DNA of 64,000 bases from Candidatus Undinarchaeales archaeon (GTDB lineage: Archaea; SpSt-1190; JASMDC01): assembly GCA_030753015.1 (NCBI GenBank), contig JASMDC010000004.1, positions 1 to 64,000 on the forward strand, written 5' to 3'. The translations under genes were made by a program, and so were the position numbers. Positions 44,177 through 53,886 of the stretch are shown piece by piece (positions within the stretch are counted from its first letter, which is position 1; the number at the start of each line of letters is the position of its first letter). A model generated the notes under the pieces. That model worked only from the letters and a program-made list of their open reading frames with translations. It did not search any database and had not been told where the DNA came from.

Positions 44177-46996
44177 ATGGCGCGCAAGGCGAAGGGGAAG
44201 CGAAAGAGGATGGCCGACAAGGAGGTCCCTCGAAAGGCGAATGTGGCCCCGGATAACGAACTTGCCGCGAAGAAGAAGTCCATCCCGAAGGCCAAGCCTC
44301 TCCGGGAACCCCATCGCAGCGTCGTGCACGAGGAGGGCGGTTTCGCCGAGCTCAGCGCCATAGTAAATAGGACCGGCCTCCACCAATCCACGCTCCTTCG
44401 CTACGCTTGGATCCCACTGCTCATGGTCATCGTGTTCACCGGCCTCTGGCTCAGGATGATGCCTGTGGACTACCGCATCACGGCTTACGATCCATTCTTC
44501 ATGGTCCGGATGTCCCGGGACGTGGCGGAGACGGGTACCATGCCCCCTGTCGACACTCGTGCTTACTTCCCCCTCGGCCGTGACACCGGCACCACCCGCA
44601 TCCTTACACCACTCGTCATCGCCAAGCTCCATGGTGTGCTCTCCTATCTCAATCCTTCGTACACCGTTGAGACGAGCGCCAAGATGTATCCCGCCGTCTT
44701 GGGCGGGCTCACCCTCCTGGCCTTCTTCTTCTTCGCTACAGAGCTATTCTGCACGGAGACGGCCCTGCTGGCCACCTTCCTTCTCGGTACGGTCCAGGGC
44801 TTCCTGTACCGCACATCTGCGAACTTCTCGGACAAGGAGGGCGTTGCCATATTCCTCATGGCAGTGTGCCTCTGGTTCTTCGCCAAGGCGCTCAATGCCA
44901 AGGAACGGAAACATTGGCTGGTATATTCGGGCCTCTCGGGCCTCACACTTGGTCTGATGGGGTACGCATGGGGAGGGTACCGCCTCAACTACCTCTCAGT
45001 CTCGTGCTTCTTCCTGTTACAGACCCTGCGGATGCGTATCTCCCGCCGTCACCTGGAGATGTTTGGAGTGTTCATCCTCGCCACCTCGGCCCTCATCATC
45101 GGATCCTATTCCACGTACATCCTCAAGGACTCGCCTGGGCTGTTTGCCTACGGCACCTTCGTGTTCGCCCTCGTCACCGTCTATGTCCAGGAGCGCAAGA
45201 TGTTCACGACCCCCTGGCTCCAGCTCTTCTCAGCGGCGGTGATCACCTTCGTCATCGGGATGGTGGGCCTCTTCATAATCTCCAACGGGAATCCTACCGG
45301 CCTCATCAATCCCGTTCTCAATACAATCATGGGCGTGAAGATGCAGGAGGGCGACGTCCACCGATGGTCGGTGGGCGAGCAGCAGCGGCCTGTCTGGGCA
45401 TGGCCGTTCACATCCGGGTGGAAGACGTCCGAGGGCAGCACATGGTGGGGCCACCTGAAGTTCCTGTTCCCGCTCTTCGTAATCGGGCTCATCGTGGCCC
45501 TTGTCGAGGGGCACATGCTGGATAACGAGCATGCGGTGTTCGCCGGTGCGTTCATGCTCATGTCCTTCTTCGTGAGCTTCCTCATGGTGCGTCTCCACTT
45601 TCCGCTTAGCGTGCCCGCTGCACTCCTGAGCGCCTACGTGCTGCGACGTGCCTGGGGGCCCATAGTCACTCAGAAGGAGGACGAAGACGGCTTCGTGTTC
45701 AGCCACTACATCTCGCTCGCCTTCATTGTGTTCGTCATCCCCATCACCATCCTTGCGACCCTACACACGGGAGGCGCAAACGCCACGATCTCCCCGGAGC
45801 TGTCAGAGTCGGCCTACGTGCTCCACGGATGGGCTACCAGGAACATGAGCGATTATGTATCGAGACTCGGTTCCACCGAGTCGCTGGCAGACACCCTTAC
45901 TAGTGTGTTCGTGCTGTCCTGGCTCGTCCTCTACCTCGCGCTTCTCGTGTCCTATGTCAGGAGCGTCGAGCTCCGTAACTTCGCCAAGAAGCTCATCATC
46001 GCCTTCTTCGTGTTCTGTCTCTGCAGCTACACGCTCATCGACGGGTACGCCTTCGCCACGGGCCTGAACTCATCTCTGGGAACCGACTGGCTTGACAGCC
46101 TTCTCTGGCTCAAGCATCATACACCCGACGATGCAATCGTCATGACCTGGTGGGACTACGGCTACTGGATCCAGTACGTGGCCAACCGCACCACGGTGAC
46201 GGACGGCGAGAACCGCATCTCCAACTGGAACGTTGACATGGGCCAGTTCTTCCAGAAGACCAACTCTGACGACTTCTTCTCCTTCCGCAAGTGCGCCCCC
46301 GACGCCTACCCTTACTGCAATTTCGTACACGCCAACACCGGTGCTGGCGAGGTGTTCATGGACTACCACACCATCGAGCCGGACACCGGGAAGCGACGGC
46401 CCGCTTACATCATCATCGACAACACGCTCATCGGCAAGTTCTATTGGGTCACCAAGATCGGCGACAACTGCATCGCTGCAAAGTGCGGCACTCAGTACCA
46501 GTACTTCCCCATCGCCAGAACGTCCGAGAACCCAGAGGACCAGCGGCTCGGAGCTGGTGTCTACATGAACTACATCTACAAGCGGCTGCCCAATGGTGAT
46601 GTCTCGCAGAAGGTCGCCCAGATCAACCTCATGTTCGATCAACAGCAAGGGGGATACATCCCTATCATGCTTGTAGGAAGTATCTCACCAGATGGACAGT
46701 TCCGGATCGAGGAGGAGGCCATCATCGGCAAGTACATGCTGGCCGGCAGCCCGACCGTCTTCGAGACGCAGGGGATCAAGGAGAATGCCAACGTGTTCCC
46801 GGGCATGATCATCATCGCCCGAAGCGCCGATCCACGACGGGGCGCCCTATACTATGTAGAGGAGAAGACAGTGGACATGCTCTTCACCAACCTCTACTTC
46901 CGGGACGGGGCCGGAGTCGACTGGGTGGAGAAGGTGCACGACTCCAAACCCTACGGCACCGTGAAGGTATTTAAGATAAAATACCCTAATGCCTAG
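44177..46996 (+). CDS. aglB: Oligosaccharyltransferase AglB (STT3 family)
   Basis: AYDPFF..R, RTSANFSDKE, SVGEQQ, WWDYGYWI...ANRTTVTDG, DxxxxGK. Confidence 0.94.
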   Translation: MARKAKGKRKRMADKEVPRKANVAPDNELAAKKKSIPKAKPLREPHRSVVHEEGGFAELSAIVNRTGLHQSTLLRYAWIPLLMVIVFTGLWLRMMPVDYRITAYDPFFMVRMSRDVAETGTMPPVDTRAYFPLGRDTGTTRILTPLVIAKLHGVLSYLNPSYTVETSAKMYPAVLGGLTLLAFFFFATELFCTETALLATFLLGTVQGFLYRTSANFSDKEGVAIFLMAVCLWFFAKALNAKERKHWLVYSGLSGLTLGLMGYAWGGYRLNYLSVSCFFLLQTLRMRISRRHLEMFGVFILATSALIIGSYSTYILKDSPGLFAYGTFVFALVTVYVQERKMFTTPWLQLFSAAVITFVIGMVGLFIISNGNPTGLINPVLNTIMGVKMQEGDVHRWSVGEQQRPVWAWPFTSGWKTSEGSTWWGHLKFLFPLFVIGLIVALVEGHMLDNEHAVFAGAFMLMSFFVSFLMVRLHFPLSVPAALLSAYVLRRAWGPIVTQKEDEDGFVFSHYISLAFIVFVIPITILATLHTGGANATISPELSESAYVLHGWATRNMSDYVSRLGSTESLADTLTSVFVLSWLVLYLALLVSYVRSVELRNFAKKLIIAFFVFCLCSYTLIDGYAFATGLNSSLGTDWLDSLLWLKHHTPDDAIVMTWWDYGYWIQYVANRTTVTDGENRISNWNVDMGQFFQKTNSDDFFSFRKCAPDAYPYCNFVHANTGAGEVFMDYHTIEPDTGKRRPAYIIIDNTLIGKFYWVTKIGDNCIAAKCGTQYQYFPIARTSENPEDQRLGAGVYMNYIYKRLPNGDVSQKVAQINLMFDQQQGGYIPIMLVGSISPDGQFRIEEEAIIGKYMLAGSPTVFETQGIKENANVFPGMIIIARSADPRRGALYYVEEKTVDMLFTNLYFRDGAGVDWVEKVHDSKPYGTVKVFKIKYPNA

Positions 46997-47951
46997 TCCC
47001 ATGGAGTTAGTGGTCTGCCTAGCGGTCTCCTTCGTCGTCACCTACCTGGCAGTCCACTTCTACATCCCGCGTGCCATAAAAGCAGGCATCACCGGCAAGG
47101 ATATGAACAAGCGCGACAAGCCAGAGGTCGCCGAGATGGGCGGGCTCACCGTGGTGGCCGGGTTCCTTGTGGCCTACCTCCTTGTCATCTACGATGCCCC
47201 GGCCGAGACACTTCCGGCCCACCTCGCGAGCCTGGCCACAATCCTCGTGGTCACCATCGTGGGGATGGTGGATGACCTCTTCGACATGCGCCAGAGCGTG
47301 AAGGCCGCGCTCCCCGTGCTGGCCTCACTCCCCCTGGCGGTGATCAAGGCAGGTACGCACATCATGTATTTCCCCATGTTAGGACCGATATACCTCGGGA
47401 ACGCCTATCCCATGCTCCTGGTCCCCCTGGGCATCACAGGCTCCGCTAACGCATTCAACATGCTCGGCGGCATCAATGGGCTGGAGGCCGGGATGGGCAT
47501 CATCTCGTGTGTCACCGTGCTCGTGTGCGCCATCATCGCCGAGCGAACCGCGTCGGCCCTTCTCATGGCGTGCATGGTAGGTGCGCTGTGCGCCTTCTAC
47601 ATCTTCAACCGTTACCCGTCCAAGGTGTTCCCGGGAGATGTGGGCACACTCACCATCGGCGCCGCTATTGCTGCGGCGGTGATCATCGGGAACATGGAGC
47701 GTGTGGGGCTGTTCGTCGTGACGCTGTACTTCGTCGAGCTCGTGCTCAAAGCCAGGACCGGGTTCAAGGCCCAGTGCTTCGGCACCCCCACTCGCGACGG
47801 CCTCGAGCCGCCTGAGGACATCGGGTCCCTCACCCACATCGTGATGCGCCACACAACCGACGAACCACGAGTGGCCTACACCCTGTTCGTCATCCAGGCG
47901 CTGCTCTGCTCTCTTGTGATCATGAACGTGTACCTGGCCTACGGGGTGTAG
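46989..47951 (+). CDS. aglH: UDP-GlcNAc:dolichyl-phosphate GlcNAc-1-P transferase (AglH/Alg7, GT4-MraY family)
   Basis: GKDMNK...EMGG, GMVDD, NAFNMLGGINGLEAG, FNRYPSKVFPGDVG; overlaps aglB stop. Confidence 0.88.
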   Translation: MPSPMELVVCLAVSFVVTYLAVHFYIPRAIKAGITGKDMNKRDKPEVAEMGGLTVVAGFLVAYLLVIYDAPAETLPAHLASLATILVVTIVGMVDDLFDMRQSVKAALPVLASLPLAVIKAGTHIMYFPMLGPIYLGNAYPMLLVPLGITGSANAFNMLGGINGLEAGMGIISCVTVLVCAIIAERTASALLMACMVGALCAFYIFNRYPSKVFPGDVGTLTIGAAIAAAVIIGNMERVGLFVVTLYFVELVLKARTGFKAQCFGTPTRDGLEPPEDIGSLTHIVMRHTTDEPRVAYTLFVIQALLCSLVIMNVYLAYGV

Positions 47952-47954
47952 GAC

Positions 47955-49334
47955 GTGCGCGTCCTCGTCCTCAATCCGCCCGGGCCCGGCGGTGTGCGCT
48001 ACAGCCGAGACGGCCGTTGCCAGAGCGATGAAGGAGCCTGGCTCGACACATTCCCCCCCACCATGCTGGCCAGCGTGGCCGGTGCCCTCCGGGTCGAGCA
48101 CCAGGTGGTCATCACTGACTGTATCGGCGAAAGGCTGGGTATGGACGCTCTCATGGAGCGGGTGGAAGCGCTGGACCCGGATGCCGTTGTATGCAATACG
48201 GCAACACCCACCATAGCTGCCGACATGGCGGCCCTTGCGGCGGTGAAGGGGAGCTGCGATGCCCTGACGCTCGCTTATGGCGAGCATGTAACGGCCCGGG
48301 CCGCCGAGCTCCTCAAGGACCAACCCGCCCTGGACGTAGCTGTGCTGGGCGAGGCGGAGACACCGGTGCTCAGGGCACTGAGAGGGGAGGAACGCATCCC
48401 CGGTACAGCTGTGCGCGGATGGACGGGAGAACCGTGGCTCGAACCCGAGCTGGACACGTTGCCCTTCCCCGCCTACGACCTGCTGCCCACATACCGCTTC
48501 CCCCTCACCGGTGAGCCCTGGCTCTTCGTCCGTGACGGCCGCGGGTGTCCCTACAACTGCTCGTTCTGCGTGATGCCCCGCCTGGGAGGTCGACGGGCGC
48601 GGTTCCATTCTTCCGAGTACATGCTCGACCAGTTGACCTGGGTCGTGGAGCGACTGGGGATCCGCCTGTGGATGCTATGGGACGAACTGGCCACATTGGA
48701 CAGAGGACGCATGGAACGACTGTGCGACCTGCTCGTGGGCTCCGGACTGGCAGAACGGGCCCGCTGGTTCTGCACGACCCGTGCGGACCAGTTCGATCAG
48801 GCCCTCGCACAACGGATGCACGCCGCAGGCTGTCGTATGGTGTCCTTCGGTGTTGAGTCGGGGAGCCAGCACGTGCTTGACCGGTGCGGCAAGGGTATCA
48901 CCGTGGAGCAGGTGCGTCAGGCGGTAGCCGCTGCGGGGGACGCCGGCATGCACACCATCGGCCACTGCATCATCGGGCTACCGGGCGAGGACGAGGAGTC
49001 CGCCCGGGCCACAGTCGACCTCGCCATCGAGAGCGGTCTCGACTTCGCCCAGTTCTACACCGCGACACCCTTCCCGGGAAGCGCTTTCCACGAGGAGGCC
49101 GTGCGGGAGGGATGGTTCGTTGACGGCGACTGGGGGGCGGTGGAGCAGGGGACTGCTGCCGTGTCCTATCCTCATCTCCCCGCCGAACGGATCGCCGAGC
49201 TCCGTCGCGAAGCGTACCGTGCGTTCTATCTCAGGCCCAAGGCCGCCGTATCAGTGGCGACCATGACGACGCCCCGAGCGCTCCTCGATCTTCCGCGCAT
49301 GACGCTCGGATTCCTTGGATGGATGGGCCGGTGA
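47955..49334 (+). CDS. B12-binding-domain radical SAM protein (HpnJ/BchE-like)
   Basis: LNPP..RYSRDGRCQ, RGCPYNCSFC, FGVESG, IIGLPGE, TPFPGS. Confidence 0.88.
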   Translation: MRVLVLNPPGPGGVRYSRDGRCQSDEGAWLDTFPPTMLASVAGALRVEHQVVITDCIGERLGMDALMERVEALDPDAVVCNTATPTIAADMAALAAVKGSCDALTLAYGEHVTARAAELLKDQPALDVAVLGEAETPVLRALRGEERIPGTAVRGWTGEPWLEPELDTLPFPAYDLLPTYRFPLTGEPWLFVRDGRGCPYNCSFCVMPRLGGRRARFHSSEYMLDQLTWVVERLGIRLWMLWDELATLDRGRMERLCDLLVGSGLAERARWFCTTRADQFDQALAQRMHAAGCRMVSFGVESGSQHVLDRCGKGITVEQVRQAVAAAGDAGMHTIGHCIIGLPGEDEESARATVDLAIESGLDFAQFYTATPFPGSAFHEEAVREGWFVDGDWGAVEQGTAAVSYPHLPAERIAELRREAYRAFYLRPKAAVSVATMTTPRALLDLPRMTLGFLGWMGR

Positions 49335-51541
49335 GAGCACAGACCCTGCTCCTCATATTGGTGGTCACGTTCAACGCTGGTCTCCTCTGGCCGGTCATCG
49401 GACGGGGCCCGCCCATCGGTATGGACAACTCCTATCACATAGGAAAGCTCGCCTGTCTTTCCGATAACACGGCGGAGGGGGGTCCCGTGTTCGGGTGGTG
49501 TCCGGAGTACAGCGGCGGTTTCCCACTGTTCCGCTATTACCAGCATGTCCCCTACGTGGTCACGCTCGCGATGATGCGGATGCTCCCCCTGGGCGTCGCC
49601 GATGTGTTCAACATCACCCTCGTGCTCTTCTTCGTCGCGCCGGCCCTGGCCATATTCCTCCTTGCACGCGCTCTGGGCGCCCCCCCGGGGTTCGCTGCTG
49701 CCCTGTTCCTGTTCTATCCGACCTGTTGGGGTCACGACCACTGTGCATACTTCAACCTGGGTGTATGGACACAGCCCTTCGGTATCTTCTTCGCTGTGCT
49801 CGCCCTGTGGTCGCTGGCTACCCGTCGTCAGAGCCTTACTGCGCTCCTACTCGCCATCACGATGGCATCGCACCTCGTCCTTGCCTACATGCTCGTCCCG
49901 GTGATCATCCTATTCCCTCTTCTTCTCCACACCGACCGTACTCTCTCCCGGCGTCTAATCCAGGGGATGATGGTGCTCGTACTGGCCGCTGCCCTGAGCG
50001 CGTACTGGCTGGTGCCCACCCTCGCCACCATATCCTATCGAGGGTCCAATCCCTGGGTCCAGAACACCATTCAGAAGCGCTCCTTGGGCCTGGAGGCCAT
50101 CGACCTCCTCCTGGACGGCCGTCTGTTGGATGGTGCCACCAACGGTTCGAGCGAAAAGTACACGGTCTCGAAGCTGGGCCGCCCACCGGTCATCACGGCG
50201 CTCGGGATGGTCGGCCTCGCGCTCTCGCTGACCCGTGACCGTCGCTGCATCCTCCTCATGCTCTCGTTCGCGTACTCGATGGTGCTATTCATAGGCTCTG
50301 AGGTGGTCACACCGCTCAGCTACCTGCCCTTCGAGGCGTCACTGTACTACATCCGCGCCCTTGCGCTCGTCGAGGTGTTCTTCGCCATCCTGGCAGCACG
50401 GGGACTGGGATGGCTCACCGGGGAACGGGCGGCAGGTATCTCTCTTGCCCTCGTCCTCCTCTGGCCGGCCGTAGCGCAGAGCGATATGTGGGGACAGAGC
50501 GGCACTTCCCTATCGGACAGCATCGCTCGGACCGTTAGCGTCACGGTAGGAGGTCCCGCACGCACGGTGCTCTTGCTCATGGGTGCTGTCGTCGCGCTCG
50601 CATCCTCTCGGTGGCCCCGCGGACGGCGCATTGCTGCTGTGGCGCTGGTGGCCGTGCTCCTTCTCCCGCTCGGGCTGGAGCGCGCCGGCTCCGCCAACGG
50701 CCACGCGCGCTCGATCCGCGACTACTCACACATCGCGCGTCGAGTGTACGGCGCCGCTGACATCCTCGCCGGGCTCCCCGGGCCGGGCCGGGTCCACACA
50801 GGGGGCGGCCTTGGACTGGGCAGCCACTGGGAGATCGGGATCCTCGCCCTGCGCGGGGGGAAGGATGCCACTTCAGTGTACGGTGCAGGCCTCGACCACA
50901 CCGCCCTAAACCACCATATCATTGGTCCGCGGCTACAGGTCACTCCAGGCGACCTGGCGATGGCCGGTGTACGATACGTGGTGTCGACCAAACCCCTCTC
51001 CCAGGGCTGGCTGGTCGAGCGTCCCCACGACTATGACGGCTTCCATCTGTACGAGGTGCCGAGCGCGTCCTACGCCGCGACCGTTGACCGGGCACCATTG
51101 TTCCAGGGGACTTGGAACGAGTGGAAGGAGTTCGCGGACAAGTGGGACCGCCGCACTATCGCGTTGTTCTACATGGATGGGCCCATATCGGACGTTGGGC
51201 CGACCTTCGGACCGGGTGAGCCCGTCCCCGACGTCGACCAGCGGACAACACCCGTGTTCGAATGTCAGTCAGCCCGAACGAGCCATACTTGCACTGTGCG
51301 GTCCGATAACCATGGATTCCTTGTGTTGAGAGTGGCGTTCTTCCCCGACTGGCACGCCACCTATGATGGAGAAGAAATCCCCATGTTCGTCGCAGCACCG
51401 TTCTTCATGGCGGTCGGGTTCGCACCGGGCATCCACGAGATCACGTTCACCTGGCGTCAGTCATACCTGGTCACCCTCTCCGTCCTCGTATCGCTGGCAG
51501 TGTCCCTTGCCCTTGTATACGGGGCGGCCCGGCGTCTGTGA
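49331..51541 (+). CDS. Polytopic GT-C-like membrane protein (PTPS-related/YfhO-like)
   Basis: GMD..YH, GW.P..SGGFPLFRYY, LSAYWLVP, C-terminal FFPDWHA.YDG...G.HEITF; GTGA overlap. Confidence 0.75.
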   Translation: MRAQTLLLILVVTFNAGLLWPVIGRGPPIGMDNSYHIGKLACLSDNTAEGGPVFGWCPEYSGGFPLFRYYQHVPYVVTLAMMRMLPLGVADVFNITLVLFFVAPALAIFLLARALGAPPGFAAALFLFYPTCWGHDHCAYFNLGVWTQPFGIFFAVLALWSLATRRQSLTALLLAITMASHLVLAYMLVPVIILFPLLLHTDRTLSRRLIQGMMVLVLAAALSAYWLVPTLATISYRGSNPWVQNTIQKRSLGLEAIDLLLDGRLLDGATNGSSEKYTVSKLGRPPVITALGMVGLALSLTRDRRCILLMLSFAYSMVLFIGSEVVTPLSYLPFEASLYYIRALALVEVFFAILAARGLGWLTGERAAGISLALVLLWPAVAQSDMWGQSGTSLSDSIARTVSVTVGGPARTVLLLMGAVVALASSRWPRGRRIAAVALVAVLLLPLGLERAGSANGHARSIRDYSHIARRVYGAADILAGLPGPGRVHTGGGLGLGSHWEIGILALRGGKDATSVYGAGLDHTALNHHIIGPRLQVTPGDLAMAGVRYVVSTKPLSQGWLVERPHDYDGFHLYEVPSASYAATVDRAPLFQGTWNEWKEFADKWDRRTIALFYMDGPISDVGPTFGPGEPVPDVDQRTTPVFECQSARTSHTCTVRSDNHGFLVLRVAFFPDWHATYDGEEIPMFVAAPFFMAVGFAPGIHEITFTWRQSYLVTLSVLVSLAVSLALVYGAARRL

Positions 51542-51576
51542 AAGACATTTATAACTGTCCAGGGAGAGAAAGGACC

Positions 51577-53790
51577 ATGGCTAGTGCCGGTACGAGGATC
51601 GCGGTGGTTGCGCTCCTTCTCCTCGTACTGGTCACGGCCGAGGACATATCCCTCACCGTGCGCCTGGTCACCAACAATCCGCTCGAGATCGGTTCCAGTG
51701 CCACCGTGTCGCTAAGCGTCCAGAACAGCGGTGAGTATGACACCGAGGTCGTGGTGGCCCTTGACGCCCCTCGCCTCGAGTCCTCTTCCCTGGGCGGGCC
51801 CGAGCAGAACCTGGGGTATCTGGACCCTGGGGCGAAGGGCCAGACTGACTGGCGTGTGACGGCCCCGGGCCCGGGCAACTACACTATCTGTGCGAACGTC
51901 ACCGGATCCGCCAGCATCGAGATGGACTATCCGATCCTGCCCGTATGCCTGAACGTCACAGCGATCACCAAGGTGGAGAGCAAGATCGAGGCAATAAACA
52001 GCACCGTGCTCACGGCCAAGGGTGTTCCCAAGAAGGGCGGATTGGCCGAGGTCCGACCACCACTGAACCTCACCCTGGCCAAGGGCACCATCACACGGGA
52101 GAACGGTAGCATCCAGTTCAAGCTCTCCGTGGAGAACACGGGTACAAGGGGCGACGTGGTGACCGTGAACGTGGAGGGGAAGGGTGCCACCGATGTGGAC
52201 CCCGCCTCGTTCAACCTCCCCCCCGGTGCGTCAAGGAGCGTCACCATACGGGTTCAGGGCACCGACCTCCTGGACATCACCGTGACAGTGAAGGACGACC
52301 TCGATCGGTTGCTGGTAACTGAGAGGGTGCTCGACCGCCCCAAGGAGACCACCAACTGGGCGCGTGCAATCGTGCCACTCCTGTTGATCATCCCCATAAT
52401 CTTCGTGATCATCATAAAGGGACGGGCCATGGAACGGCTCCTCCCCTCGCTGTACGTCCAGCGCTTCGAGAGCGTCATCGACGTCAGGGAGCGCGAATCC
52501 GAGCTCATGGGCAAGCGCATCTCCCTTGAGGGCAAGGTCATCCTGGACGAGAACTTCGAGTTATTCCACACGGTGTACGTCTACGATGCTTCAGGCGACT
52601 ACCTGGCCGCCACCACCGATATCCAGCTGGAAGAGGGTATCTACACGGTGACCGGTCGCCTGGGCCGCGCCGAACAAACTCAGGGTTACGTCCAGGAGGG
52701 CGAGCTCCTGCTCCAGGTGGAGTCCGCCCAGGGTGAGTGGCAGTCCGGTGCGTCGCTGTTCGCCATGCGCAACCATGTCCGTGCCGTGGTGGTGCTGGCC
52801 GTGCTCTACCTGCTCGTGTCCCGGCGCATCCGTGACATCACCTATATAGCACCGTGGGGCAACCTCCAGTACCTGGCCATCGCGCCCTTCTCGCTGCCCC
52901 TCATCCCCATCCTCTTCGCCCTCGTGCCACTGCTGGTGGCCCTGGTCATGGGTCCCGTTTTCTGCGGCTGGGTATGCCCCATTGGCTTCTTCCACGAGGT
53001 CATCGGTACAAGGCTCTCAAAGCCCCGGAAGGCGCTCGCGCGCCTCAACGACCGCAACATCAAGTACCTGGGGCTGCTCGTCGTCATCGTCGTGACCCTC
53101 GGCTTCCGAACACCGGCCCTGTGCCGGGTGTGCCCCTTCGGTGACGTGTTGGCGCGGATCGAGCTGGACCCGGGCATCTCCGCCGATGCCTTCGCAGGGG
53201 GGGTGTTCGCCTGGCGCCTAGGCATCCTGGGAGCGCTGATCATAGCCATGATCCTCATCCAGCCCATTTTCTGGTGCAAGAACCTCTGCCCCTACGGTGC
53301 GCTCCTGTCGGTGATGGGCATCACCAAGTGGATCGACGTCCATGTCCAACGACAGGCCTGCGTCGACTGCGGTCTGTGCGAGAACGTATGTCCCTACGAG
53401 CTGGGCATCCTCACCGACACCCACATGAACGAGTGTACGTCCTGTGGCAAGTGCGTGACCGTCTGCTTCAAGAACGCCCTGACGCTCAACTTCAATCCCG
53501 GTCTCATCCGACAGAACCTGGTGCCCGCGGTACTGGGCCTTCTGGTGGTGGCCATCATCCTGATGTTCCCCTTCATCAGCGAGCGTCTGCCGGTCACCAT
53601 CGATTACACGAAGTGTATCAAGTGCGGTGCTTGCTGGGAACAGCATCCCAAGTTTTTCGCTGAGGACGAACGAACCGGGTTCCCGGTCATCAGCGAGGAC
53701 TCAGCGGTGAAGGTCGCGGGGCTCACGCCAGAGGAGGCGGACCGCATAATAGCAGTATGTCCTGTGGACGCCATCTCCGTGGAGGATTGA
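51577..53790 (+). CDS. Ig/CARDB-like + NapH/MauN-type membrane polyferredoxin + ferredoxin fusion
   Basis: Signal peptide, beta domains, FCGWVCPIG, LCRVCPFG, WCKNLCPYG, CVDCGLCENVCP, CTSCGKCVTVC, C-terminal CIKCGAC...CP. Confidence 0.82.
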   Translation: MASAGTRIAVVALLLLVLVTAEDISLTVRLVTNNPLEIGSSATVSLSVQNSGEYDTEVVVALDAPRLESSSLGGPEQNLGYLDPGAKGQTDWRVTAPGPGNYTICANVTGSASIEMDYPILPVCLNVTAITKVESKIEAINSTVLTAKGVPKKGGLAEVRPPLNLTLAKGTITRENGSIQFKLSVENTGTRGDVVTVNVEGKGATDVDPASFNLPPGASRSVTIRVQGTDLLDITVTVKDDLDRLLVTERVLDRPKETTNWARAIVPLLLIIPIIFVIIIKGRAMERLLPSLYVQRFESVIDVRERESELMGKRISLEGKVILDENFELFHTVYVYDASGDYLAATTDIQLEEGIYTVTGRLGRAEQTQGYVQEGELLLQVESAQGEWQSGASLFAMRNHVRAVVVLAVLYLLVSRRIRDITYIAPWGNLQYLAIAPFSLPLIPILFALVPLLVALVMGPVFCGWVCPIGFFHEVIGTRLSKPRKALARLNDRNIKYLGLLVVIVVTLGFRTPALCRVCPFGDVLARIELDPGISADAFAGGVFAWRLGILGALIIAMILIQPIFWCKNLCPYGALLSVMGITKWIDVHVQRQACVDCGLCENVCPYELGILTDTHMNECTSCGKCVTVCFKNALTLNFNPGLIRQNLVPAVLGLLVVAIILMFPFISERLPVTIDYTKCIKCGACWEQHPKFFAEDERTGFPVISEDSAVKVAGLTPEEADRIIAVCPVDAISVED

Positions 53791-53886
53791 AGCACGGGGC
53801 AGTTGCTTAGACATTGGTCTAAAACCATCAAAGTGGCGAGGTTAGTCTTAGAAAGAGGCAGACAAATTAGAGTCGCGAGATAGGAT

